Shown: piece by piece, positions 1 to 12,085 of the stretch
How positions within the stretch are numbered: the stretch's first letter is position 1
Layout of the letters: each line of letters starts with the position of its first letter
Source of the DNA: Paramecium tetraurelia
Lineage: Eukaryota
Assembly: GCA_000165425.1 (NCBI GenBank)
Contig: CT868079.1
Span: forward strand, 52,532-72,531
Reading direction: 5' to 3'
Length of the DNA stretch: 20,000 nt
Notes under the pieces: model-generated
Database searches by the model: none
What the model was told of the DNA's origin: nothing
The model's input: only the letters and a program-made list of their open reading frames with translations
Translations under genes and position numbers: made by a program

Positions 1-3000
1 ATGAGAGTAGAATTACCAAAAATAAATTGTGGGTGTGCAATAGGCATAGTAACTGGTACTGTATTTGCTGGAGTTGTTGGGACAAGTGGATCAAGACGAG
101 AATATTCTGTTCTGGGAGACTCAGTCAATTTGGCAGCACGATTAATGTAAGCAGCATGTGAAGAAAAAGAAAATAAAATATTAGTTTGTTCGGAAACAGC
201 CAAGAGTGCTGAGCAGAATCTTAGTTTTTAATTTTTGAGATCTCAAATTGTCAAAGGCAAAAATTAACCTGTTGAAATTTATGTCCCATTAATTAATTCT
301 TAACCAAGTTCCACTGGCAATTTCTTCCCCACTTTGAGAACTAATAATTATGCTTTTGGTTTTAAGAGGAAGACAGAGTTTGCTAATCAATAGATTTTCG
401 GTAGAGAGGAACCTTATAAGAAAATACTAAATTAAGTTGATAAAATTATGAGAGGAAGTGACAAAAAAGGTTTATTAATGTTATACTATTTTTAGGATTA
501 TTTATTATTAAGGGTTCTTTTGGAGTTGGTAAATCTATGTTAGTTAAGAAAGTACTTCATAGAGTTTAGGAGAAATTGAATAGTAATTAATATAATCCTT
601 GGAAATACGGAGAGATGCCACAGATTCTTACTTCGTAATTGAATCCTGTAACTAGGGCATATAAATTGAATGGTATTGAATTTAATCTGATTAGTGAGGA
701 CTGCGCTAGATTTTGAAATAAATTTTTATTCTTTATTCCAAAAGATTGGAACGCGAACCAGATTTATCCTTATTCCAATTGATGGTAGATGAATAATTGT
801 ACTCTCAAAATACAATCAATCTCATGAAAGAGATATTAGATTTGAAATGTATTTCTAGAGTTGAGAATTTCCCTCCTAAAGGAAATGATGATGAGAATCA
901 ACAAGAATTAAAGAAAATTGTAATTTTTGCATTCATATTATAAGACTCTATAATTCCTTAGTAACTTTTTTGAATAAGTGCCTGAAAAATATTAAAATCT
1001 TTACGTTGGTAGATCTCCTGAAGAATTAGGATGGGATATTAAGCAATCCAATATCAGATAAGTCATCAAATATTCAATTAAATACAGTAATATCATATGT
1101 CCTGTAATTCTTTGTTTGGATGACATGCAAAATTATGATAATCTCACCTTCAAAATCATTAGTTTGATGATCAAAGCATATGATCGAATCTAAGTGTTGG
1201 GATTGTACCGTGATAACTTTCATGAAATGACACTACAAGTGAAAACAGCTGAGAAAAAGAAGTCATAAGAAGAAATAGCCATGGATGGGATAAGCAGATT
1301 GGAAGATGCCATTGAATAGAATTTCTACAGTATTATTCAGTTGAAGGGAATTGAGAGAAAGGGAAAAGACGACGAATTCGCTAAAATGATTAGATATTCA
1401 TTCAATATATCTAAGTTGGATATTGAGAATTTGAAGCCTACTTAGGAAGAAATAAGAAAGAGAGAACCATCAGTAACAAATGATGTGTGTGTACAAGAGA
1501 CATTAAATAAGGAGATGAATCATTAATTCTTATTCTTTTAAAATAAGTAATAGTTAATAGGACAAGATATTGAATTACTCCTACTATCATATATTTATTT
1601 AAAAACTTCTGGTGTTCCTCTGATGGTATTAAACTTTGTGTAAAACCTGATCGATCAAGGATACATTAAGATGGGAAATAAAAGTGCAACAATAACAAAG
1701 GAATTAATTAATTTAATCAATTACGAGGAGAGTATTATCATTGATGCTCCATGTGATCGCATAGCCGTCAATGGTCCAATCATAGACAAGTAATAGATAA
1801 TATATATAATTAAGGTTGCCTTGTTTGGAGCAATTGATCTTAAAAGTGGCAAGTATAATTGGCGATATTTTTGATATTCAAATGTTGAGTAGAATAAATC
1901 CATTTAAGGCAGCAGTTAATAATCGATTGCAAAAAATGATGGATGAATTAGAACAGAAAGATTTTATTGAGACTATGGAAGTTTAGGAATAAAACATCTA
2001 TTATAGATTTACATGTCCATTTATGAGGGATTGTTTATATCAAAGAATCACCTTTAAATAGCGTAGACAATTACACAAAGCAGCTGCAGAGGCTATTTAA
2101 TTATTACCTTTAGCATTCGAAATAGATGAAAGAATAGAGAGCAAGAAGTTGCAATTTCATTGGGTGATGGCTGAACAAAATAATCAAGTAGTTTAGCAAT
2201 CTACCCAAAATTTCAAGGCCAGATAATCCAGTGGTTCAGTTAGGAACTTGGTTTTGAGAGCTACTTTCGGGATAGGGATGTAAAAGCAAAAGTAAGAGGA
2301 CAATAGCAATAATCAAGTAGCTTAGGTCAATTAATATAAATTTGAAAATCTATCCTCAAAGGCTATGAGATCAATTATATTAAAATAGATCTCAAATAAG
2401 TTAACCAAGAATAATAACAACATAAATACCATTTTGAAGGAGGGCATATTGGAGAAGAAATCGAAATAGAATGTATCGTGGGCTCCTCGATATTGGGTGT
2501 TGGATGGAAAGGAGATGAGGTGTTATTATACTAAGTAAGATATGTTAAAAAAGGAATTGCCTCTTTGCACAATTCCACTGAAGGGAATATATTCAGTGAT
2601 TCCATTGGATGTCAGGGAGCAGGGAGATAACAACTTCCCATTATCTATAAGTTCCACTTTGTGGTATAAGAAAAACAAGGAGATGGGAGAGAGGAGATTT
2701 CTATTGAATAGTAAGAATGTGGAGGATTTGGAAATGTGGATAATCTATCTGGAATTTGCTAAGGCCAAAGCAATTTATGATGATTTCACAAATAACTATG
2801 GCAAGATCAGTTTTCCTTTAGGCAACAATAATGATTATTATGATCCTGAGTTCAAATACGATGTGAATATCGAAGTATGAATTTGTATTTAAAATTAAAG
2901 AAGTAGAAATTGTCTTTGGGTCTGCAATATGATAAGAGTTAATAAGCTAAAATGAGCAAGAACTCTGTACTCTCAAGGAATTCAAGAGCCTCTCGGATGA

Positions 3001-4604
3001 CAATAGCAACTAAGCAATTTAAATTTATGGAGAAAGCATCCTAAGAAGATAATATACTTCAAACTTCTCAAATTATTGATAGTTAATTGTTGAAAGACAG
3101 GATCAATTGTTTTTTGTAGAAAAGGTATGATATTAATGTTGATTTAAGTATGCTTCTATTGTTTTCTCATTTATTTGATATGTCATTGCAGAAGCAGGAT
3201 GATTACAACCTGCTCGGCCAACCCAATATGGTAATGAAGAAGATGACCAACATTTTCAAGATAGATAAATAGTTGACAACTGAGAATAAAAAATAATCCA
3301 ATGCATTCATCAACAATTAATCATAGTCTTAATCAATATCGATAACTAATTCAAATGATAACAATCCTAATGTGATATAATAGTCATAGCAGTTGCAATA
3401 ACGGAAAGCCATAACATTGGATGGCAATCCCTTGGTGGCTAAGAAGATTGACACTAGTATAGATGAGGATTCAGTGTGCAGCAGTAATGAAGGTGGAGAA
3501 GGACTCTTGTAGACAAAGACTTTATAATAGATAATGGAAGAGGAATATGATAATGAAATGAGTGGTATATTAATTTGATTGATATTTGTAGAGAGTACAA
3601 ATCAACAACAATAATAATTGAAACAATAGAGAAATTAAAAATATTTCGAAGAAATGCGAATGAAATAAAGTTCAAAATTTTAGTAGGAAGATAGAAAGCG
3701 ATCTGATAGTCAGGAAAGTTTCGAATAAAATATTGCCATTTCAAGAAGACATACAGAGAGATAGGATTAGTTGGCTAAGTAAATGAATTATTTTAAACTA
3801 CCAAACTAATAATAAGAGGTTAGAAACATCACCGAATTTAAATTAGATATGGCTGTCTAAGTTGATTTACAAAAAGTGAATAATTCAATTAGTAAATCCA
3901 TAAGTAAATCATCCATTGATCCAAAGTCTGAACTCTCGTATCAACAAAATGACAACCAAGAATTCTTAAAATTATTTGAAAATAGCACCAATCAAGGATA
4001 ATCATAATAGAACAATCAATTCAGTAACAAAATTCTAGATGACAACAAGAGAGACACCATTTAAACGCACATTTCATCTTCCAATTTCTTATCTACTCAA
4101 TATCCATTTTTACATCACCAATCGACACTACTCTCCTCTAATACTAATTAAAAATAAAGATAGCCTCAATAGTATGCAAGTAGATAAAGTCAAATATCTC
4201 AAAAAACTATTGCCAATTCAATCTCATCATAATAACATCAATATGGAACTGCTTTAAATACTTGTAAATCTTTAAGTGGAGATATCTTCACCCTAAGACC
4301 AGGCTATAGAGTAGTTGTCACAAGGATAGATCAATAGAAGAAGTTGATTTATTGTAATTATTAGAATATGCCAGGATTATTTTATTTGAGAGATATAGCT
4401 GTCATTGAAGGTATCAATTCATCTCATTTATTTATAGATAATCAAGAGGAATCGTAGATTAAAATGAAATCCAGAACACCCACTATGTTTGAAGTCAAAT
4501 ACAAAGAATTATTGAATGATAGATTCAACACAAGAAGCAAATCTCCAAATTATCGTTCTGCTTAATGTAAAACTCCTCCCAAGAAACCATTTATGAGATT
4601 TTGA
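1..4604 (+). CDS. Soluble adenylyl cyclase (ADCY10/sAC)-like class III nucleotide cyclase with STAND P-loop NTPase, PH and SH3-like domains; 5' end probably outside the window
   Basis: Ciliate-code translation gives cyclase motif GIVTGTVFAGVVG..RREYSVLGDSVNLAARLM (~40-150) and VKGK, Walker A GSFGVGKS (513-536), Walker B PVILCLDD (1101-1124), STAND helical segment IDKLPCLEQLILKVASIIGDIF...YRFTCPFMRDCLYQ...RRQLHKAAAE, PH domain (~2431-2772) and SH3-like block (~4242-4409). Introns needed to keep the frame: 470-495, 673-698, 920-944, 1790-1814, 2875-2900, 3565-3591; possible in-frame introns 3125-3148 and 4411-4437. Stop TGA 4602-4604. Confidence 0.88.
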
Positions 4605-4668
4605 ATTTTACTATATTCTTATATTAATAGATACATCTTAACAGAATATTAATTAAAAATTCAAATTT

Positions 4669-7600
4669 ATGATCCCATATCCTCCCATTATTCAACCAAC
4701 ACTAAGGTCAGCAAATCAAAGCAGTGGATTCAAAGACTCTGAAGACAAATTTCAACATTCCACACCTAAATACGTGTTAAAAGTTCCGATCCCATCACTA
4801 GCCACATTACAATAAGCACCTTAATCAGATAACAAAAGTAAATCAGGACATAAGGAGAATAATTTCAGTGCTATGACATTCGATTAGAAGTATTAATTGA
4901 CAATTCAAAAAGAAAATGGAATCCAGATAGCCAAGGCTCTGATAATAAATGCGTGTTATCTTAATCAGCCAAGAAAGTCAACACTGAAAATGATGATGGC
5001 TCAAGTATTGTAGAGAAGTCTTTTACAGAAGCAGCCTAAAAGATATTGAAGATTAAAAATCTCGAATTGGAAAACAAAGTTTCATTGCTTGTTATTGAAA
5101 ATGAGCGTCTTACAACATTTCTAAACGATTAATTTCAAGAAAATGAAAAATTAACTAACGACCTTCAAAACAATCAAGCAAGTCTCTAGGATTTGTCTAA
5201 ACACTATGAAGATAAATTGAATATAGTCTTATTGGAAAATGAGAAGATTGTAGCTATAAATCAAACTTTGACTATGAAAAATGAATAGATGCAAAATCAA
5301 ATAAAAAGATTGTAGAGTGAGAGAGATGAGGAAATCAATAAAACTAGGAAAGAATGGGCAGGGAAATACCAATAATAAATTAATTAAATTGATGAAATGA
5401 GAAAAAGTGAAATACATTAAGTAGATAATAGAATTGATAAGTTACAATTTGAAAAATCAGAATTACAAGCATTAATTTAAGAGTAACAATAAAAATTGAT
5501 GGAATTCTAAATTGAACTCAAAGTCAGAGATCAGACCTTGATTGATTATGAAAATGTTAAAGCCGATTTGGCATCTAAAATCCATAGAATTGAAATGATG
5601 AGTTAAACCATATTGGCTTAAGAGAAGAGAATATATGATTTAGAAGCTAGATTAGATATAATGGTGGCAGATAATAAATAATTGCATGATGTTAATGAAT
5701 AATTAAATTAAACATAAAGAATTTTATAAGGAACAATGGAAGATAGATAGATTGAATTTGATAGAGAATAACATAAATTAAAAGATTTCTATGAATTAGA
5801 ATTAAGAAATTTGAGCAATAAAAATAAATAATAAACTGAGGATATCAAACTTAAACATCAAGAATAATTGTAGGCATAAAGAGTATAAATAGAAAATGAG
5901 TTGATTAAAGAACTAGAATAATACAAGATGGAATTGGAGACTAAACAAAATGAATTAAATAATAACTTATTGATTTGGTAGGAAAAGGAGAAAAATATCA
6001 CTTAGGAGAATAGGAAAGAACTAGAGATAAAAGATCAAATGATATAAACATTGAAATTCTCGAATTAAAGTTTATAAGATTAGATGAATCAATTATAAGC
6101 ATTAATCAGCAAGTAAGATATTCATATTTATAAGAATGCAAGAAGACTTCGATAGTCAATATAGTTAGAAAGAGACAGAGTGCGTTAAGATGGCTAAGAA
6201 CATTCATCTTAAGGAGTAGGCATTGAAATAGATGAGTTTAAGATTGGATGAAATTTGTAAGTAATTGAAGATCTTGGAAGAATAGAGAGATGAATTGAGT
6301 TAAGAAATGAAGGATAAGAATAATAAGGTCAAGGATCTTGAAATGAAATTAGATATTGTTGTCAAAGATAATGATACAATGGAAAATCAATTGAAGAATA
6401 ATCAAACTTAGGTAAGAGTTCTAAATTGATTTAGTTATAATTAATGGAACAGAGATATGCCAATTTAGAGTAGACCAGTGAATAGAAAATAGAAGATATG
6501 AAGATATAATATTCATTAGAAGTTTAAGCATAGATTGAGCAATGCATCACTTAATATTAATAAACTATTAAGTATGAGTAGGATCACTCTGAATAATTAA
6601 TGAAGAATTTAAAGAAATAGTAAGAAAAAGCTAAGCATTTTGAATTGTTGAGTGAGTAATAATTAAATGATATGGAGAAATTGAATAAAAGAATAGAAGA
6701 ATTGATAGATGTTTGTGAATAGAATGGGTCCAAAATGATGACACTAGAGAATCTACTTAAAGAAAGGGATAATGACTATGATGTCTTAAATCAAAAGTTT
6801 TAGTCAGTAGCAGATAATTATGAATTGTAATTAATAAAAATAATTCTTAGATAAATAGATGTTTTGAACAGATAAATGTATGATATGGGTATCCAAAATG
6901 AGGATTTGGCTTCAAATTTGAATTAAACATAAGAAACATTTATAAGTATGATAGACTATTAACTTTTAGAGTAAGAAGAATAGAGAAAGAAAATCATGAA
7001 TGATTTGGCAGAAGTTACAAAATAGAAGATCGATTAAGATTAGTTAATAAAGAAGATGAGAATTCAAGTCTAGGCATTAGATGAAGAGAACAGAAAGAAT
7101 TCGGAAGATTCTATAAAATTTAAGAATTAGGTTTATTAGTTATAGTAGGAAATTGAAGAGATTACTCGAAGTATGCAATTGAATTTTGCAGAGAAGGAGT
7201 AGGAATTACAAAATAAATATGAAAATACAATCATGGATTTAAACTAATAGTTGAATACCTTAACAATGAGATTCAATGATTTAGTTAGAAAGGAGAAAGA
7301 CAATAGATTTAGATTAAAATTATTGAAAAGCAATCCTTAGATGAAATTACCATCAGAATTAGAAGACGAGAATTGCTATGAGACAATGAAGAGGAAGATG
7401 GAAGATCAATCACAATATCTTTAGAGATTAATTTTGGAAAATGACGAATTAAAACAATAACAATATTCTCACATTAGTAAGGGCTCATTAAATGATTAAT
7501 AAAAGTAGAAATCGTAAAAATAAAGCATGAATATCATCAAGGACTACACTACTTAAGATTCAGATCGTACTATTCGATAAAATGAATATCAAAAGACCAT

Positions 7601-7803
7601 GAATCCTTTTAAATAATAGCCAGTAAAAGTAGTGCCTGTATTATATTTTAACTATTATCAAGGCAATGAACAATTCTCAGAATATTCTTGATTAAAGGTA
7701 CGGTAGTAACAGGCCTATTGAGAGAGAAGTCTACCTAGGCTAAACACAAAATACTAGAACGGAGCCCCATTTATATAGGAAATAATCATTATAACGATTT
7801 TGA
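4669..7803 (+). CDS. Long coiled-coil protein (~1000 aa), function unknown
   Basis: ATG 4669 (MIPYPPIIQPT...). Continuous Q/E/K/L heptad-rich frame (e.g. LELENKVSLLVIENERL) after removing introns 4890-4912, 6113-6134, 6412-6434 and 7638-7662. Stop TGA 7801-7803. Confidence 0.8.
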
Positions 7804-7887
7804 ATAAGAATATAATAAATAATTTAAAGAACCTCTTTTTTTTGGTAAATATGTGGTTTAGTATTGTAAAGTATATAAAATTCATAG

Positions 7888-8304
7888 TCATTCAACTCTT
7901 TCATTTAATTGAAATCGCACTTTCTTATGCCCTTCATATAATTTAAAGGTGTAATCCGAAGCAATTTCATAATAGCTTTTTGTTGGAGAAAGACTCTTGG
8001 TTGATTGTTCAATCAAATCAAAGACAGTTCTTTTATTTGAATTCTGTTCATTTTAAAGGATATTAGAAGATTGAACTACTTAAATTGGTTATTATGAGGA
8101 ATTGGACTTAATCTATTTATTGTCATCCTTCGACGCATTTGATTCTTAAATAAGTTGAAATGGGATTAGTTTGAGAGTCTTCAGATTTTTCCTCTAATTG
8201 ATTTCAGTTTTAGTTTTTGGGGAAAACGTAGCAAGTCCTAAGTATTTATGATTAAGAGTTGGGCCATCTTCCTCATCTTATAAGACATTTAAGTTCGAAT
8301 CCAT
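7888..8304 (-). CDS. Hypothetical protein (138 aa), low complexity, C-terminal KKVRF motif
   Basis: Uninterrupted ciliate-code ORF MDSNLNVLQDEEDGPTLNHKYLGLATFSPKTK...EGHKKVRFQLNERVE*. Start is uncertain because an upstream exon near 8360-8400 is possible. Confidence 0.65.
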
Positions 8305-8489
8305 AGAACAGTAGATCTGCGATATATTGTTTTATTATTTATAATCAAATGATATTCAACGAATATAAATCTGGTGTTTGTAATTTTAGTCAAATTCATT
8401 GAATATTAATTTAGATTTTCTATAATATAACAAAGAAATTCGAATAATGATAATTGAATAAAATAATATTTATTAATTAATTAATACAA

Positions 8490-10434
8490 ATGGTTGATGC
8501 TAAACAATTGATACCCATGAAGCGATTTTTGGAGACCTAGCAAGATAAAATCAAATTATTTTCTCTTGATTAACCTGAACAAATTCATATGTAAAATTTA
8601 AATCACTATTCAAGTTACCATAATATAGGTCGTGTAACAAAGATTGAAACAAAATCCATATAAGAATAAAAGTCAAACACTTCGATAGGATTCTTCGCAG
8701 TTTATGGTATAATGTAACTAAAGAATTGGTCATATTTGCTATTGGTTACAGAGGCCAATATGGTTGGATAAATAGTGCAAAGAACAATATTATAAGTAGA
8801 GTAGATAAGTTTCTTGCCCTTGGTTTCCAATGGAAGATTAAATGAGTAATTCTATTAATCTTAGCTTTTTAGTATTCACGCAGATGATTAGGCTTATTGC
8901 AAAATGCTAAAGGAAGTGTTTTCCACAAGAACATTATATTTCAGCTATGAGTATGATTTGTCTAATCCCTTCGATAAAGTAATGGGGAATAATTCTCAAT
9001 TTGGTACTCAACAAAAGACCAGCGAAGGACTTCATTATTATAAGATTCCAAATCATCGATTTGTATACAATTGGGAACATATCAAATTCTTAAATCAATT
9101 TCAAAGTACAAATCTACCAGCCTTGCAATATTGGTAAACCATATTCATAAGTGGATGTGTTATGATAAGATATTGTAAACTGAATCAACAGTCTGATTGC
9201 TTTTTAATTTTGGTGAGTAGAAGAGAAACTCTAAGATCAGGAAGAAGATTTGTATAAAGAGGATGTGATTAAGATGGAAATTGTACCAATTTTGCCGAAA
9301 CTGAATAAATATTAATACTCAATAGATAGGAATCAAGAGATATTTACTCATTTGTTTAGACTAGAGGATCTATGCCATTTAATTGGTAACAATAACCAAC
9401 ATTGAAATGGGCACCTAAAGCATCAATCATAGGAGATAGAAGTTACAACTCTGAATTGTGCAAAAAACACTTTGAAAAATGTGCCGAATCCTATTAGCAA
9501 TTATAAATAATTCTTAATTTAATTGATAAAAAAGGCACATAAAAAATGTTAGGAGAATATTTTACCAGTATGATTAGTAGTGTTAAAACAGTAAAAACGA
9601 AGTATGTTTGGTTTGATTTTCATCATGAATGTAGAAATATGAAGTATGAGAATCTCTCTAAATTATTAAATGAAATTAAGGAAGATCTCAAAAAATCTGG
9701 ATATTTTCATGCTGAAATTGACAAAAACAATTATAACCATTTATCTAACATACATTAATAATAGTCAGGAGTTGTAAGAACTAATTGCATGGATTGTTTA
9801 GATAGAACTAACGTGGTTCAATCAGTTGTCAGTAGAAATTTCTTATTGCAAGTTTTGAATTAATCAAACATCATTCATACCTTAACTGGTGAAGCATTAC
9901 AAGTATTACCTAATGATCTTGAACAGATATTTAGAGATCAATGGACTAAGAATGCAGACATAATGAGTGTCTTGTATTCAGGAACTGGAGCATTGAAGAC
10001 TGATTTTACCAGAACTGGTAAAAGAACCTTCTGGGGTTCATTATAGGATGGCAAGAATTCATTACATAGATATTACATCAATAATTTTGTTGACGCTCAC
10101 AATTAAGTAATATAATCATATAATTATTAGAATTGCATTGATTTGGCATTAGGAAAATTAGAAGCAGATAAAGTTAACTATAAGAAACCTAAATTCAATG
10201 GTGTCTTGCAGCTATTCATTTTTGTAATTAGTTATTAATTATCTATAGATCATTATCCTGATGTATATCATGACAAGCTTCTTACCTGGGTTAGTTCTAA
10301 ATGAATAATCTGCATATGGAAATTCTTGTTTAATGCAACTATTTATTTTTGGAATAAGTCTGTTCATTACAAGTAAGATTTTACTGAAAACCCATTATTT
10401 GTTTATATCCAAACCAATAAGAGATCAAAATTGA
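8490..10434 (+). CDS. SAC1: SAC1 phosphoinositide (PI4P) phosphatase
   Basis: [67 protein letters not shown], catalytic [15 protein letters not shown] (CX5R; ~9777-9821), [17 protein letters not shown], and two C-terminal hydrophobic segments. Introns 8591-8614, 8846-8872, 10107-10130 (all in-frame, inferred) and 10224-10248. Stop TGA 10432-10434. Confidence 0.95.
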
Positions 10435-10468
10435 TTATCTAATATATAAGCATATATCAACAACATCA

Positions 10469-11820
10469 TCATGCTTTACAAGGCATATCTAATCTCTGAT
10501 AATAGGCATTCAATGACCCAACATAAGTGAATAAGATTGCAATCACTACGCTAATATGCCAAATTTGATGACTCTATCCACAATTATCGAATTTCCCTGG
10601 ATTTTTCTTTTCAGGAAATCTTTTCAATACAAATATGAGATGGCCATAGCAGCATAATAAGGCAATTATGATTAATAACTATATTCTTCCAAACAAGTAT
10701 CACCGATTGCAAAATGAATGAGTGGAATGGCACTCGTAAATCCAAGTCCTGCAAATAATTTGTTTTTTAAGGATCTCCATTCTGTAGTATAGAAGAAATC
10801 AAACAGACAAAAGCTAAAGAGAATGATGCCAAAAAAGCCTTATAAACTGGCATATATGATTGCATATGTTAGATTGCATTAGAATCCATAAATAATGGAG
10901 CAAATGTCGAACCTGAAACAAGAAAACATATGCCAGCATAATCTAATCTAATGAGTACTTTGTTCACATTTTCCGAGAGACAGTAAAAATGATGATAAGT
11001 TGTACTACATCCTAAAAATATGATGGCTGATAATAGAAATGCAATCAAGGCCATCTGGATATCATTTTATGAAATTTCTCTTAATCTATGGTTTGTCTTC
11101 CAGTGAGATGTTGAAATTCTAAATATAAATTAATCCAGACAAAATCTTTGGATTCAACAATTTCTGTGGCTTTTTATTTATATTCTTGAATGATTTCTGA
11201 AATATTATAATTCCATTTCAGTTTTTCCCAATCGAAGGTTTCTTCAATATTTTGTTGGATGAGAATTCATAATCGTATTAGTACTTCATTAATATACTTG
11301 TTAACAGTGTTAATCTTTTCATGCAGTTGTTGCTACATCAATTAAACATCGTCCTAATTATTGTTAGATTTTTTATTCAAGAGTGAAAGCATGTTCATAA
11401 ATGTTGTGTAATAATTCTACATAAATGGTTGTTTCATGTACCATTGAAAGTCTGATTGGCTCTATGACGAAAGAGTTCCTCATAATTTAGCCATAGATAG
11501 AATATTAGCGAGACAATGATGATACAAAAAAGAAATATACAATTTCTATTATAGCACCTATTAGATATGTCCAAATATTGACCAATTCATTATGCCACAT
11601 GAACTTGCTCTTTATAACGTCCTTCTTGTTTTTGAAGTTTATTCTGTAGCCATGTTTAATAGATTGATCTTATAAGTAACCGGGAGCCTTGAAAATGCGA
11701 CCACTATTTTAGATCTGAAATAAAATACATAATTCTGTCATGGATTATATTCTCTTTAATCTCCTTCGTCTCTTGCTTTTTTTCTGTGGGAATTCTTTGT
11801 GTTATATTGCTTTGACTCAT
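10469..11820 (-). pseudogene. PAQR / adiponectin-receptor (hemolysin III family) pseudogene
   Basis: Family motifs I(KH)GYR..F...HNELVNIWTYL, CSTTYHHFYCLSE..RLDYAGI and RFPEKKNPGKFDNCGQSHQIWH lie in different frames. Frame changes near 11540, 11450, 11050, 10890 and 10635, plus in-frame TGA at 11267-11269, none explained by GT..AG introns. One intron at 11704-11728. Confidence 0.85.
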
Positions 11821-12085
11821 TATAATTATTAGATGTTATTTTATAAATATCTTGATCAAAAAATTAATGAGAATAATTGAGAAATCTCATATATAATTTG
11901 TAATTTGGATTTTAATCACCATTTGAAGATGAAGTTAGAGCATTATGTTAATTTATTTAATAGCATGACGAAATTTATGAGTATTTATAATTATTAAATC
12001 AATACTCTAATATTGAAAGTGCTATGACGTAATCGTATACAGTATTTAATCAAAACTACTTAACTATTGAAATATTAATATACAT

